NCBI GenBank assembly: GCA_964016885.1 | Contig: OZ024742.1 | Coordinates: forward strand, 136,834,001 to 136,898,000 | Reading direction: 5' to 3' | Source: Eledone cirrhosa | Lineage: Eukaryota | Length of the DNA: 64,000 nucleotides | In this document: positions 1 through 14,526 of the stretch, piece after piece | Layout: each line of letters opens with the position of its first letter | How positions within the stretch are numbered: the first letter of the stretch is position 1 | Made by a program: the position numbers and the translations under genes | The notes under the pieces: generated by a model | Told to the model about the DNA's origin: nothing | The model's input: the letters and a program-made list of their open reading frames with translations, nothing else | Databases searched by the model: none

Positions 1-811
1 TATGACCAATAAATATTATTGAGGCCGGAAATAGTTGACAAATTTTATTCAAAATATCTTATTCACTCTACTCATGGTTGAAATTTTCTTTACGTCTCCT
101 GAAGCAACAATATTCAAAACACATTCTCCAACTAAAAGCTTTCGTAACGCCTTCTCACTTCACTTCTGAATCTAGTTTTCTATTATGTGTTATATTTATT
201 TGATTATCTATTTATTTAATTTTCATTTATTTGTGTATATGTTTGCAATTTACGATATAATGTAACTCCTGGGTCACATTCTTGCGTATAGCTTTTTTCC
301 GATCCAATCCCAATAATTGGAAAGGTTGTTTAGAGAGTCATATCGCAAGATGTTTCCTCTGTAGTTTGACAGTTTGCGTTATTCAGTCTGTTTCGTTCAC
401 CGCTTTTCTGTTGACGAGAGTTACAAGCGAATACCAGTGACTCTGTTCAGAACGGGACTTAATTTCCTAATGCACCGATGTTTTGGGTGTCACCGGTCAT
501 TGTATCCCTCAGCGATGTAAACAGACAAAAGATACACACATGCACACAAACATATCTACACACACAAACACAGACACACTCATACATATATGTTGTCGGA
601 AATGTATGTAAAAACAAAAATCATTATTTATATACTCCTATATTCACGCGACATTGGTATATACTGTTGATTTCTCATCAACCAACTCTGTACAGGCACA
701 GGGTTTTATCCTGCTAACACTCTACGAGATTGTAATGAATGACGTGATCGAACCCGTGAGATCCTAGCATGCTCGACCGGATGAAATGTCATGTGAGGCG
801 TATTATTTCTT

Positions 812-989
812 GTACCAGTAATGCACTGGGTAATTTCTGGCCTTGTGCCTAATGTAGAAACAATTATTTCTTCTTTAAATCCCGTTCAAGGTTAACTTTG
901 CCTGTCATCCTTACGGGGTCGATAAAATAAAGTACCAGTAATATACTGTGTAATTGGTGGCCTTGTGCCAAAAGTAGAAACAATTATTT
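812..989 (+). mobile_element. Two tandem 5'-truncated copies of tRNA-derived SINE family A
   Basis: Matches the 3' half of the full copies at 6269 and 60104 (gttaactttgcc..catccttacggggtcgataaaataaagtaccagtaat..ggccttgtgccaaaagtagaaacaattatt). Confidence 0.8.
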
Positions 990-1609
990 ATTTTATCCTT
1001 AATCTATGCAATATGACGAACTATTTTATTGGTTCTGTCCCTCCTCCATAATTTGACCTTTGAACAATGTTGGAAATTATTGGCAGTATCGAACGTATTT
1101 AGTAAAATATTTGTCACGGTCGAATATGTTTTTCATCCTTCTGGGCTCTATAAAATAAATAAGAGCCAGGTAGAGTGTTAGCTGAAATCGGTTACAAACA
1201 TGATCTAAGTTTCCTGGCATTGAGTCAATGTTTGAAATATTATTATTTCTTCATATCATCATGAACCATAGAACAACATTTAGCTGTTTGGGAGGCAAGA
1301 ATACTATGCAGTTTATCATACCTGTCACAGAGTAAGCCGACTTCAGTTATGTTGCTAATACAGTTTGGAAACAAATAAGTCACAGCATCAGTTCTCGAAA
1401 TATTCTGCAGCATTTTGCTATGATCTCCATTTAATGTTCAAATATTGCCAGTGTTAGGAAATCGCCTTTCAATTCACTGGGATCTTTTACATATGTATCG
1501 GTAACTAATTGATGTAAGTCAATCATTCAATATCGTTGCCGCAACAGGTGCAGCCAGTCATTGTGGTGCCATTATAGACGCTTTCATAGCCAGTCGTCGC
1601 CATTAATTT

Positions 1610-2005
1610 CTATTCTCCGTCATACCTTGAGGGGTCCGGTGTTGCAATCACTCCAGTCTTTGATGTTGTTTGCCTAGGATTTTTTTGTTTGCCTCTTCTT
1701 CATTCTCCCTCGACTGTGCCCTGAAGGATAGTTTTAGACAAGTTGTGGCGGCATACATGACCATACCAGGCAAGCTTTCGTCTTTTCACCTTCGCAAGCT
1801 GTGGTTTCTGTCAGTCAATATATTTGTTAACTTGTTGCCTGACAAAGCTGCTTGTTTTGTGCTCCATGCGCGGGATATGTAGCAACCCTCTGAGGCACTT
1901 GTGCTCGAATGCTTGAATTATGTGTTCCATGTCAGCTGTGAGAGTTCAATTTCCACATCCATACAAAAAGATCGAAGTCACCAAGAACTTGTATAATTCA
2001 AGCTT
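1610..2005 (-). mobile_element. RTE-clade LINE remnant, post-RT C-terminal region
   Basis: Minus strand reads KLELYKFLVTSIFLYGCGN*TLTADMEHIIQAFEHKCLR..VKRRKLAWYGHVCR..KTILQGTVEG, the typical RTE YGCE-W / WxGHV / ILQG motifs, with stops. Confidence 0.8.
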
Positions 2006-2109
2006 CTTACGGATAAACAAAGTACGGATATCAAAATCAATTGAATTGTGTCGACAGTCAAATATCATTGCCCCTAATATTAATGTGTTCTTAGCCACGA
2101 TACGTAACT

Positions 2110-2330
2110 ATTTTCACCGACAGACTTCTTGTTTCTCAGCTTCTGGATAACATCGCACAGTTCCTCAATAGTTGGTATATCCGAGTTGCATGGATAGCAG
2201 CTGTGGAGTCTATGTCTGCTGGGGTAGGCCTTTTGGTTGACGCTTCGTGGTTGAGGAGAATCGAAAAGTTGTCACACCATCGGTTGAGGCGTTTATCGAA
2301 AAACGGATCGCACGTGAGTGGTACTCTTTC
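2110..2330 (-). mobile_element. LINE ORF2 fragment (EN-RT linker)
   Basis: RLNRWCDNFSILLN then, after a frameshift, DIPTIEELCDVIQKLRNKKSVGEN; matches the RWxEHFxxLLN..PTxEEVxxAIxxLKxxKSPGxD linker. Confidence 0.6.
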
Positions 2331-3044
2331 GTAGTCGATTCTGTAGATTGGTATCAGCTTCCATGAAACACCGACAGAAATTGTATGCTCCATGTCTCGA
2401 GCTATGGTACACCAATAATGATTACGGAGTGGACCAGTGATAAACGTGGATTGTCATGGTCAAGTTGGATCTTGAGTTAATATTTTGTCCTCGCTTATAT
2501 GATGTCCACCGTTAGAATTGGGATTGGCTGTCAATATATGTGTCGAATGTCCGCGACCACTGTCTTTGATGTGCTATGAATGCAATGGCTGAAGCTATGC
2601 TCTTCCCATCATGAGTGAACACCGACACAAGTACAAACACAACTAAGTATGCTTAAGTTTCAATGACTGATTCTTATGTAAGTTTCTCGGTTCATAATGA
2701 TTCCTTAATGTAACCTATATCTATCTGTTCAATGTAGTTGGTAATATGTGGCTCATTTGATTAACATTACAGAAACCTGAGCTAAATATGAGCTGAATAG
2801 AATCTTCAGGTTCTGAAAAAATGCCATCAATCCGAACAACTATAGCATACATTTATCCCTAACTGTAATACTAAACTTGCAACTAAGAAATATATGGAAG
2901 CAAATAGTAAAGAGTTAACTACATTAATGTTTAAAATAAATATTTTCTTTCTTATCACAACATTAATTATATGAATACAGAAGTTATAAATGACATCTGA
3001 AAATATACACGCACACATATGTATGATTGTACGTGTGTATGATT

Positions 3045-3125
3045 GTATGTATGTATGTATGTATGTATGTATGTATGTATGTATGTATGTATGTATGTAT
3101 GTATGTATGTATGTATGTATGTATG
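3045..3125. repeat. (TATG)n microsatellite; similar tracts near 3703-3785, 7300-7440 and 55123-55197
   Basis: Direct inspection. Confidence 0.95.
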
Positions 3126-3743
3126 TACGTACGTACGTACGAATGCATGCATGTTGCATGAATGTCATCATGTATGCATGTATGTACTTATGTATGTTTG
3201 TACGAATGTATGCATGAATGCAGCATCAATGTATGTATGTATGTATATATTGAAGTGTGTATAGAGATCATACCAGATGGACTGTCGAGCAAAAAATTAG
3301 CTAATTCATGAAATATTATATTCCTAGAATTGCTGTCCAAAGGATTAGACACGGAAATCACTCAAAGTTTGAAAACAAAAATGTAATTACTGTTAATCGT
3401 AGGATGTAGTCAAGTTACATAAATATCTGTAATGTTAGATGGTGGAAGAAAAAACAAACAAAAAACTACAGATATGAAAACTAGAAATTAAACATTAAAA
3501 TAGAAAATTATAGAAAATTATATAAGTATTTGAGATATAATTTAGTTAGATCATTTTTTGATAGAGTCCATATAATTCCTCTATATAATGACTTTCTTCT
3601 TAAATTTGTGTAAAAAGCAGTCTTTTAATTACCATGGTAGTTCGGAGTGCTTATCGATGCGTTGATATTTTTTTAAGTAGAGATATATACGCGCATGAAC
3701 AAGTATGTATGTATGTATGTATGTATGTATGTATGTATGTATG

Positions 3744-3774
<31 letters not shown>

Positions 3775-3794
3775 GTATGTATGTATATATACAT

Positions 3795-3893
<99 letters not shown>

Positions 3894-3902
3894 TGTATAT
3901 AT

Positions 3903-4019
3903 GAATTAACTATGGAGATATAAAAGATACAGAAGCGAAAACCAACCAAACAGTGAGTGTGTTCTGTTATTATTTCTGGCAATATTATTACAACAATATG
4001 AACCTCCCCAAGTATAACA

Positions 4020-4057
<38 letters not shown>

Positions 4058-4174
4058 TGTTATACTTGGGGAGGGTCATATTGTTGTAATAATATTGCCA
4101 GAAATAATAACAGAACACACTCTCTGTTTGGTTGGTTTTCGCTTCTGTATCTTTTATATCTCCATAGTTAATTC
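3903..4174. repeat. Tail-to-tail palindrome of a PLE terminal fragment centred on (TA)n
   Basis: Arms 3903-4020 and 4057-4174 are reverse complements with about 2 mismatches; centre is (TA)n; outer flanks are mirrored (TG)n and (CA)n. Same family as 14764-15160. Confidence 0.9.
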
Positions 4175-4192
4175 ATATATATATACACACAC

Positions 4193-4303
<111 letters not shown>

Positions 4304-4468
4304 AAACGAAGGAGGTGTGGTAAGGAACCAGATGGACAATAACGCACAAGAGTACTCTATACTTAGGGTAGTAGAGTGGGTAATAGGTAAAAGTTTAACC
4401 CCGACGGCAGAGCTCGAGCCGTTTCATCAAAACGGCTTCAGCTCTGCCGTCGGGGTTAAACTTTTTCC
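4304..4468 (-). mobile_element. Hairpin element family H1, copy 1 (PLE-type, in (TA)n)
   Basis: Tailed minus arm plus inverted tail-less arm ending ..tttttcc(TA)n; contains gaaacggct..gccgtcggggt. Confidence 0.85.
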
Positions 4469-5149
4469 TATATATATATATATATATATATATAAACAAC
4501 ATAATATATATATAAAGAACACATATATATATATGTGTGTGTCTGTGTGTGTGTGCGTGTGTGTGCATACGTGTGCACGTGCGTGTACAGGCACACAGAC
4601 GTACACATACATGTATATATTTATATGAGAGCTGGTAAATTTTTAACGGAAATGACAACCTTTTGCTTTCTGTTTCTTCATCCCTTTAAAAATTCAGTGT
4701 CTCTCCATCCTGGCATCTCAGTATGACGACATATAAACCATAATGGTTTATGTCGTGAAAAGTTTATTAAACTAAAGAGAAAATGAGATAAAAACTCTGT
4801 TACATAAATGACAACAAGGACTCGAGAATGAAATATAATAAGAGAAAATAACTGAAGAAGAAACAAATTATGCAGCAAAATAAATGGAAAAGGGAGGCGA
4901 TAGACTCTACACTCCATTCCTAGATTCTGCTAGCTCTTTTATATTGGGCACAACAGTCATTTTTATATGTATTCAAATACACCGTCGCTTCGACTCTATC
5001 AGAGACAACATTGGTTGTTCATCTAACTTCCTCATAGGTATGATTAGCTTTCTATTTAGGACAGGCACCTCAGCTTGAAGTCCACTATTACATTATTTTT
5101 CTTTGCTTTGTTTTCTTTCTTTCTTTTCTGTGCTATTTATTTTATAACA

Positions 5150-5230
5150 CACATATCATACCAGCAGAAAGATTCATCTTTCTGCTGCACGATCCAGCAT
5201 TTGAAAATAGTACTCTCAATTAAATCATGT
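5150..5230 (-). mobile_element. Possible hAT transposase dimerisation-domain remnant
   Basis: Minus strand RVLFSNAGSCSRKMNLS resembles ERLFSxAGxxxxxRRxxLS; short and decayed. Confidence 0.35.
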
Positions 5231-5389
5231 GAAGCCATTTTACTGGTTTGAGAGCTGATGAGGGTGAAGATGTGTAAATAAACTTGCTTGTACATCACTT
5301 TTCTTTATTTCCTCTTCCGGTCACATTTGTGCGCCAACCCACTTCTCCTTGTCTTCCCCCTCTTTCAATGTTCAATCTTTTCTATATTT

Positions 5390-5520
5390 CATCTGCCTTA
5401 TGGATTATCTTTCTGTTGACCACTGGCCGCTGGTCTCTGTCCTCTGAGATATTTTTGCCCATCGCTGTCCTTGAGACAGCATTTAGCTGTTGTAACGACT
5501 GTTCTATTGATGAGATTTCA
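5390..5520. repeat. Unclassified interspersed repeat; second copy at about 51505-51615
   Basis: Shared ttgaccactggccgctggtctctg..ccatcgctgtc..ttagctgtt..aacg.ctgttcta..gatga. Confidence 0.7.
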
Positions 5521-6268
5521 GGTTGAATATATATCTTTACTTCATTTTAGCAAAAAAGGAATAAAATATGATTCCTTCGAATCATGAATATAATATATGA
5601 ATTTAGTGTTCACAAATGAATATAGTTTTCACAAACTAATAGTGTTCAGTAAATCCTCAGTTTTGAGCACGAATCTTTTATTTACCAAGGGTTTTTCCCT
5701 TAAAAGAAAAGTAACAATTTGCTGTCGACAGTGCGTAGCTGGCTGGCTGGCTGGTGTAATAGTAAGCTGTTATATATCCTGGCTTTGTTGTCTCAGAGAA
5801 GAGGCAGATGACTGAGTGAGTTAGGGCCACAGGACAGCCTATTTATAATGACCGCTAATTATTTTACTGATAGACAACATATGGCCCTAGAATGTGTTCT
5901 CCTTTCTAGGACTGTTGCCGTAAATCCTACCATCAGGGAACATTAATCTATTGTATTCTCTGTGTTGTCGCAGTTCACTTACTCGGTGGCAGTGTCCGTA
6001 GGGGGAAAAATAAAACACTGTGGAAAAACATATACACGCATATATATATATTTAGGTACATCCACACAAGTTTTAGCCCGCTTCGTATGACACGTCTGGT
6101 GCTACAAATTGGATCTTGTGGCTCCAGAACAGAAGATTATTATCGTTGTGGTTGTTAATATTAATTCTATTATTGCCTTTCTTCCTTAAGGGGTCGATAA
6201 AATAAAGTACCAGTAATGCACTGGGTAATTGCTGGCCTTGTGCCTATATAAGTAACCATTATTATTAA

Positions 6269-6495
6269 GGGCGGTGGTTTGGCAGTATCGGTAGAGCGTC
6301 AGACACCATGCTTTGCAGCATAGGAGTTATGGCCCTTTACATTCTGAGTTCAAATCCGGCCAGGTTAACTTTGCCTTTCATCCTTACGAAGTCGATAAAA
6401 TAAAGCACCAGTAATACACTGATGTCGATTTAATCGACATCCCCCTCCTCCCCCCGAATTACTGGCCTTGTGCCTATATAAGAAACCATTATTAT
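6269..6495 (+). mobile_element. tRNA-derived SINE family A, full length (partial copy upstream at about 6172-6265)
   Basis: A box TGGCAGTATCGG, B box GTTCAAATCC, central domain, (ATT)n tail. Confidence 0.9.
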
Positions 6496-6609
6496 TATTA
6501 GTAGTAATAGTAGTAGTAGTAACTTCAAAATACATATCATATTGAATTGTTGCGATTGGAATATATATTAAATAACAGCTACAACAATAATAACAATAAT
6601 ATTAATATA

Positions 6610-6669
<60 letters not shown>

Positions 6670-6993
6670 TTATTTATTTATTTATTTATAAAAAAAAATA
6701 AAGAGATGGAATGGAGACTAAAGGAAATGAAAAACGAACAAATATCAAGGAAAATTGGAAATAGGAATCTTTATAATGGTAAATGACGTAAATGTCTTGA
6801 GAAAAACCTGTTATCCATACAGATTTAACGTTCTTTAACGCATTTTCTCCGGCATTCCTATTCATACGTCCATACGTATATACATAGATAAATGCATACA
6901 TAAATATCTACACGCATATATACATACATGCATACATTCATACTAACAAACAAATACTTACACACACACACACGCGCATAAACACACGCATCC

Positions 6994-7064
<71 letters not shown>

Positions 7065-7914
7065 TAAAGAGAGAGAGAGAGATACGTATAGATACGTATA
7101 CAGGCATAGATACATACAGGCATATATGCATATTACAGGAGTAAACACATACATATTTCCATACGTATATAGGAATATACATACGCATATATATATACCT
7201 TTGTATATACAAACATATATATGTAGATACATACATGCATTCAAATATACATATGGACATATATAGAATTATACCCAAGTACGTACGTACGTACGTACGT
7301 ACATACATACATACATATATACATACATACCTACATACCTACATAGCTACATATATACCTACATACCTACATACATGCACACCTACCTACCTACATACAT
7401 ACATACATACATACATACATACATACATACATACATACATGCATACAAATTCTATTTCCATTCATTCTGTGACGTTGTTAAGGTTTTTATGTGACTGCGT
7501 AAAAGAAAATCTTGATCAAATTGCAAGCATATCGCTGTTACTGCCGTAACCAACAAAAAACATTCCCCCTTATATATAAACATTCCTGTCCAACCACTAT
7601 TACCATCAGCGTCACTACCCCCACCTCCGACACCAACACAGCCACCATTGTCGCTTTCACCTAGATTGTCTACTACCAAAGAACGTCCTCAGAGACAAAA
7701 ACACTAATACAACCTCTACTGTCAAAGGTACCCATACCATTAAAACGATCATTGCCTAGAACTTACATTAATTTATCGCTATTAACACTGCCATAATAGT
7801 CACTACCATCTCCAACAACAGCACCAATTCCTCCCAAAACATCCATCGGAGGAGTCTCTACGTGGTTATTTGAGCTTCAAAAATTAGCTGCCAAATCCCA
7901 ACAGTCTAAAGTAT

Positions 7915-8155
7915 GTCTCAAGCCCGATGGTTTATCAGACCAGTGCTTATCCCAGTTTCCGTGACGTGAAGTAACTGAGAGTTCATGAGCTCGGCCCTGG
8001 ACATGACGCCAGTCTATCCCAGGGTTAAACCCTCAACTATTGGAACAACGTGAAATGAAGTGTTTTGCTCAAGAACACAACACGCAACACTGTCCAGGAA
8101 TCGAAGTCAAGGCGTTATGATTGTAAGTCCAATACACTTACCACTAGGCCACGTA
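7915..8155 (-). mobile_element. tRNA/CORE-type SINE (OR-like); homolog on + at about 19330-19600
   Basis: caacgtgaaatgaagtgttttgctcaagaacacaac core and ggaatcgaa B-box complement; tail shared with the 19.4 kb copy. Confidence 0.7.
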
Positions 8156-8584
8156 CCAAATCTGCCTAAATAAATACCCCAAAGCCTGTAGTATAAATGG
8201 AAGAACACATTTGGTAATATATTTCTAGATATTCTATTGCTGAAAAGAAGGTGGGATAGCAACGGCTAGAAAGATTTTCATCAAATATTGACTATATCAT
8301 TGCCGAGATGAACAATAACATAAAAAATAACACCCACATATTATTTATGATTACTTAAGACCATTACAACCCACACACATTCAGATGAATTTCAGAGGAC
8401 ACATCCACTAGAGTCTTCCACAAAACAGGTTTAGAAGAATAACAGATAAATGAACTGGAGAAAGCGAAATCTATTCAAGTCATGATAAACACACACACAC
8501 GCGCACAGGCACACGCACACACAGACACACACACACAAACACACACGCACACACATATATATATATGTCTATATACATAGAAGG

Positions 8585-8885
8585 AGGCACTCCGTCGGTT
8601 ACGATGAGTGTTCAAGTTGATCTGATCAACGAAACAGACTTCTCATGAAATTAACATGCAAGTGACTGAGCATTACACAGACACGTGTACCCTTAACGTA
8701 GTTCTCGGGGATATTCAGCGTGACACAGAATCTGACATGGCTGCTCATTCGAACTCCCGGTACAACTCATTTTTGGTAGGTGAGTGGACTGGAGCAACGG
8801 GAAATAAAGTGTCTTGCTCAACGGCACAACGCGCCGCCGGAAATCGAACTCATAACCTCACGATTGTAAGTCGAACATCCTAACC
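8585..8885 (-). mobile_element. tRNA/CORE-type SINE (octopus OR-like); decayed + copy at about 11610-11930
   Basis: ggagcaacgggaaataaagtgtcttgctcaa core, aatcgaactc B box, long tail (gaaattaacatgcaagtgactgagc..cccttaacgtagttctcggg). Confidence 0.8.
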
Positions 8886-8889
8886 TATG

Positions 8890-8934
<45 letters not shown>

Positions 8935-8962
8935 ATATATATATATATATATTTTTTTTTTT

Positions 8963-9839
<877 letters not shown>

Positions 9840-9862
9840 AAAGAATAGAGGTGTATGTATAT

Positions 9863-9901
<39 letters not shown>

Positions 9902-9991
9902 CATACACACACACTTCACACACACACACACATATATATATATATCCAGGGGTGCAACTCGATGTTTAGGTTCACTTCTGTGTTATCCTTT

Positions 9992-10073
<82 letters not shown>

Positions 10074-10382
10074 TATAAGGATAAGGAACCAGGGTTCAGT
10101 GTTGCATCATAACAAATTTAATAACATATTGCATATGTTATTACATATTCGGAGACGAATTCATATACTAAGTATATCTAACGACCTTTCGGTTACAGAG
10201 TCAGGTTCAATCTATAATAGATCTTGCCTCGAGCTGATCGATAGTGAAACATTTGTAATATTTTAAATATATTATGATTCAACACTGAATCCTTGTTCCT
10301 TATCCTTATAATATTATACTCTGCTCTATGTGAGCATCGAGTGCTCAACCGGCATACCGCATTTTTCATGCAACCACACAAC
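10074..10382 (+). mobile_element. Hairpin element family H3 with decayed hammerhead (10174-10261)
   Basis: Terminal arms tataaggataaggaac../..gttccttatccttata and a tail; atat-CTAACGA..GAAA-catttg-TA-atat; homologous to 49398-49672. Confidence 0.75.
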
Positions 10383-10477
10383 TATATATATATATATTCC
10401 ACTCTCAAGCGTGAACCTAATACTAACACTTTGTATAACTCTTTGCTTTATTTTTGCTTTTTGTTTTCTGTTTTAAC

Positions 10478-10517
<40 letters not shown>

Positions 10518-10519
<2 letters not shown>

Positions 10520-11064
10520 TATTTACACACTCAGCCTCCGGAATCCTCTCCCCCCACGCCTCTGACCCCTCCCCATCCACACACGCACACACACACCGAC
10601 CTACACCCCACCCCACACACACTTCTTCCTGAACATGCAACCCCGTTCTTCCCCCACCTCTTACTTTCACATACACACACACACATACACACGTACACCT
10701 ACACACACACACCACCTTCAGCCCTCCCCACTCGGACACCCCACCTCCCTCTCCCCACTCCACCCACCACCATCCCTACACGCCCCACACCCTTCCACCA
10801 CCTATTCTACTTCATGTTTATTTTTATTTTTATTATGCTTTTATATTTAATTTCATTTGTACCGTTTCCTCTCACCCCCTTTTTTTCTATATGTCACTCC
10901 ACCACTCCCCTACACACCCTTGGAACTCTCTTCCCACACACTTTTCACCTGAAGAAGGGCTTATGCCCGAAACGTCGTTCCCCACCACCACCCCACTCTC
11001 AAGAGCGTGAAACTAATAAACCTTTGTTCGTACTGCCTCTCTGTTTTGTTCCCGTTCAATTTTT

Positions 11065-11067
<3 letters not shown>
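10518..11067 (+). mobile_element. PLE 3' pseudo-LTR fragment (C-rich family)
   Basis: Homologous to 34023-34602; minimal hammerhead, AATAAA, ends in (TA)n. Related short terminus at about 10398-10478. Confidence 0.8.
10947..10978 (+). ncRNA. Minimal type I hammerhead ribozyme
   Basis: ac-CTGAAGA-a-gggc ttat gccc-GAAA-cg-TC-gt; stem III is the palindrome ACGT. Confidence 0.75.
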
Positions 11068-11107
<40 letters not shown>

Positions 11108-12744
11108 CTTGTAGCTGAAAGATTTTCTATTGCGAAACACGTCTCATACAGGCATGTGAATAAATATTTCATAGAGTAAAATTTCACTCACTCTCTTAGT
11201 TAATGTAACAGAACCGACTGAAATGACTGCTTACTCAACATTAAATGTCGTGAAATAAATCTTGCCCTATTAATTCAAAACAAGATTTATCAGTCATCAC
11301 AGCTTTAGACACTTTGCATGGTGTTCTCTGGGTTCACTCGAGTAAACACACAGAGCAGATACTGAAATATTACAAAATTTATAAGCAGTCAACATTAAAG
11401 CATACATCCTCAAATACCAACTCCGATGGGTAGGTCAAATTGTTAGATCTGATGACAGCAGAGTCCCAATGATTGTTTAAAAATTCTTTCGCACAGTACA
11501 AAATTGCCCTATCTTGCTGGTAGATCAGGACATTGGACTAGCTGTATTATAAAGATGGATTGTAAAGTTGTGTTGTATAGTTATAGGTCATAGTATTGAT
11601 TAATAATGGGTGCCTGCATAGCTAAGTGGTTAAGAAGCTGACCTCGCAATCATGTGGTTCCAGATACGACACCTCTGCGTGGCCTCTTTATCATAGCCTC
11701 ATATTGACTAAAGCGTTGTGAGTTAAATTGGTATGTTAAAGCCCATGAGATACATTGCACATTCAATTCGAAAGTTCTTACTTGTCACATACTGTATAAC
11801 ACTGATTCGACTTGGGATTTACGTTAATCATACACATGTTTTTGAAATACTCAGCCACTTACACGCTAATTCACAAGTTAGTCGTTTAATTGATCGAACT
11901 ACTGATTGCTCCAGGCTGAAACTGACAATGAATTCATCATGGTATTACCACATTATAGAGTTGTCTTGTATAGACGCAAGTATTGCTATTTGGGCCTTCA
12001 TTCCATTATAGACATTAATTTGTTTTGATGATTGTGAGCAGGAAGGAGCAATACTTTTCTCTATAAAACTACAGCTTTTTAGACGTACCTTCTAATGGTA
12101 CGCGTGCTTCCTAGCGTAAGGGCATTACAAATCACGTTACGGCATTTCTCGTAAATCTTGCATAACTCAGTATTGTATTATTGTGTATATCATTGGTAGT
12201 GGACAGAAGGCAGTAACTTGTATCGATAGAGCGTCTGACAACGTACGGTCCTTTAAGTTGTGAGTTCAAATACCGCCGCGGTTAACTTTGCCTTTGAGGT
12301 TTACTGGGCCGATAAAACAAAGTAGTAGTAACGTACTAGAAAGGATTTAATCCCCCCCGCCCCACACACACATACAGAAAAAGTCGTTGGCCTTGTGTTT
12401 AAATCAGAAAGCATTATTGGTCATGGCCGATGTGTTATAAAGCAATATTTTTATTTTTATTTGATTCGTATTACATGTCTTGTTCTTAAATATTTCTATG
12501 ATGGCGTGGTTCTATATATAACATTTGCTGTAAACATTATATGTTGTGAAATCACAACAATAAATACATAAAATAAGAATTAGTTGTATTTAACGGAGGA
12601 TCAAATAGCATCACCCTTCATATGGTTTGTTCATTTTTTTGCTCTAGAATTTCTTTTCCTTTCTCTACAAAGTAAAATGTTACAATATTATTTTTGTTAT
12701 TTGAGCAAAGCCAGTTGTTTTGTGACATTATGTCAACATTAAGG

Positions 12745-12777
<33 letters not shown>

Positions 12778-12803
12778 GTTGTTGTTGTTGTTGTTGTTGT
12801 TGA

Positions 12804-13022
12804 GGGCGGTGGATTGCCAGTATCGTTAGAGCGTCGGACAACATGTCTTGCGACATAGAGCTATGACCCATTACGTTCTGAGTTCAAATCCCACCGAAGT
12901 TAGCTTTGTGTTTCATCCTTACTGAGTCGATACAATAAAGTACCGTCACGCACTGGTGTCGATTTAATTGACTTTCCCCTCACTCGGAATTGCTGGCCTT
13001 GTACCTATATAAGAAACCATTA
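12804..13022 (+). mobile_element. tRNA-derived SINE family A, full length
   Basis: gggcggtgg head, GTTCAAATCC B box, same body as 6269. Older decayed copies near 1080, 12200, 17190 (-), 35600 and 37250. Confidence 0.9.
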
Positions 13023-14276
13023 CTGTTGTTGTTTTTGTTATTGCTGTTTTTGTTTTTTGTTGTTGCTGCTACTACTACTACTACTACTACTAGATTTTCT
13101 TGTTATTGTTCTTCTTTGCTGTGAAGGTTCTACAGTACTCCTTTTTCATCTAAGATTAACATATGAAAAATACATTTTGTGCTTACTTACCACCAAGAAA
13201 CTCCAGATCAATTAGTCGTATATCCCATTATATAGGGCAGAGGAAAGGTCTGTCTTCAGACGTTTAAAAATCTGTTAGGTATTTTTGACATTTGCAATAG
13301 CTAAACGTTGCAATATGGCTGCCTCAAGAGTGACAGAAAGAGGTACTCACTAGCGCTGTAGTAGCACTAACATAAACAAACACGCCCATAAGCTATTAAT
13401 CAAACATACAGAAAACCTAAACTCTGACATATGCACAAGAGAGGAAAAAACAACAAACAATGCTGGAAAAACAAATCTTATATTCAAAAGAAAAAAACGC
13501 GCAAATTTTAATGAATGACAACAGCAACAGAAAATATCTATCCTCATTTGCTAACCTTGTGACGAAAAGAAAAAAAGGATCGACTTAATTTGAACCAGCT
13601 CATGGAAATACTTTAGCTATGATAGGAGAAAGAGGAGGTGACATACCTCTCCTTTTCAAGAAAGAGTAGTTTCCATGTGTATGATTTTTTTCATAATAAA
13701 TAAAATATAAATATGAATATTTTCTACGCAAATACAATGTAATGTTATCCGCTAATATACTGCCCTGAAAATACATGTAATGTGATCATTTTTTATCTGA
13801 AGACATAGAAATATTATTAATAAATTGACGCAAACAAAACAATTTAGTCATTTAATTGTCCAGAGTAATTTGAGAATTCTCAGACACTTCTCCTTCCCAC
13901 ACCTCCTTTCACCAAATCGGGGGACGAGAAGACTTATTTGCACATGGGTAGGGAACCTCAATGAGTATATGTATACAACTTCTGGGTGTCTCAATGTCTG
14001 ACGCACAAATCTGGCCTGGCTGGAGTAAGCGAATGTATGAGGGGTGATGTTCCTGTCCTGTCGCATAAATTGGTGTTTAACACAGGGTCAGAGCGTTCTG
14101 CTCGATTCTGGTACGAGTGGATAGAGTCCGTCGAGAAAAATGATGTCTGAGACAGTGTAGTTTTGAGTAAACTTATTGAGGAACGTAGGTGATAGGTAAA
14201 GGAGTTGTACTTCTCAAGTCGTATGTTGTCCCTCAGTTCTATCAAACAGCGGCCTGTTTATCCGATACATATGAAC

Positions 14277-14328
<52 letters not shown>

Positions 14329-14330
<2 letters not shown>

Positions 14331-14511
14331 CGAAGGAAATGTGGTAAGGAACCAGGTGGACCATAACGCACCAAAGTACTCAATAGTTAGGGTAGTAGAG
14401 TGGGTAATAGGAACGAGTAGGACCCCGACGGCTGAGCTCAAGCCGTTTCATTTAGTCCAGAATTAGCCGTCGAAACGGCTTGAGCTCAGCCGTCGGGGTC
14501 CTACTCGTTCC
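14329..14511 (-). mobile_element. Hairpin element family H1, copy 2
   Basis: Tailed minus arm plus tail-less plus arm ending ctactcgttcc(TA)n. Confidence 0.9.
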
Positions 14512-14526
14512 TATATATATATATAT

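Noticed and set aside
13191-13271. Minus-strand exon candidate (cctaacag .. gtaagt)
   Set aside because: Stops in all three frames; no supporting neighbouring exons.
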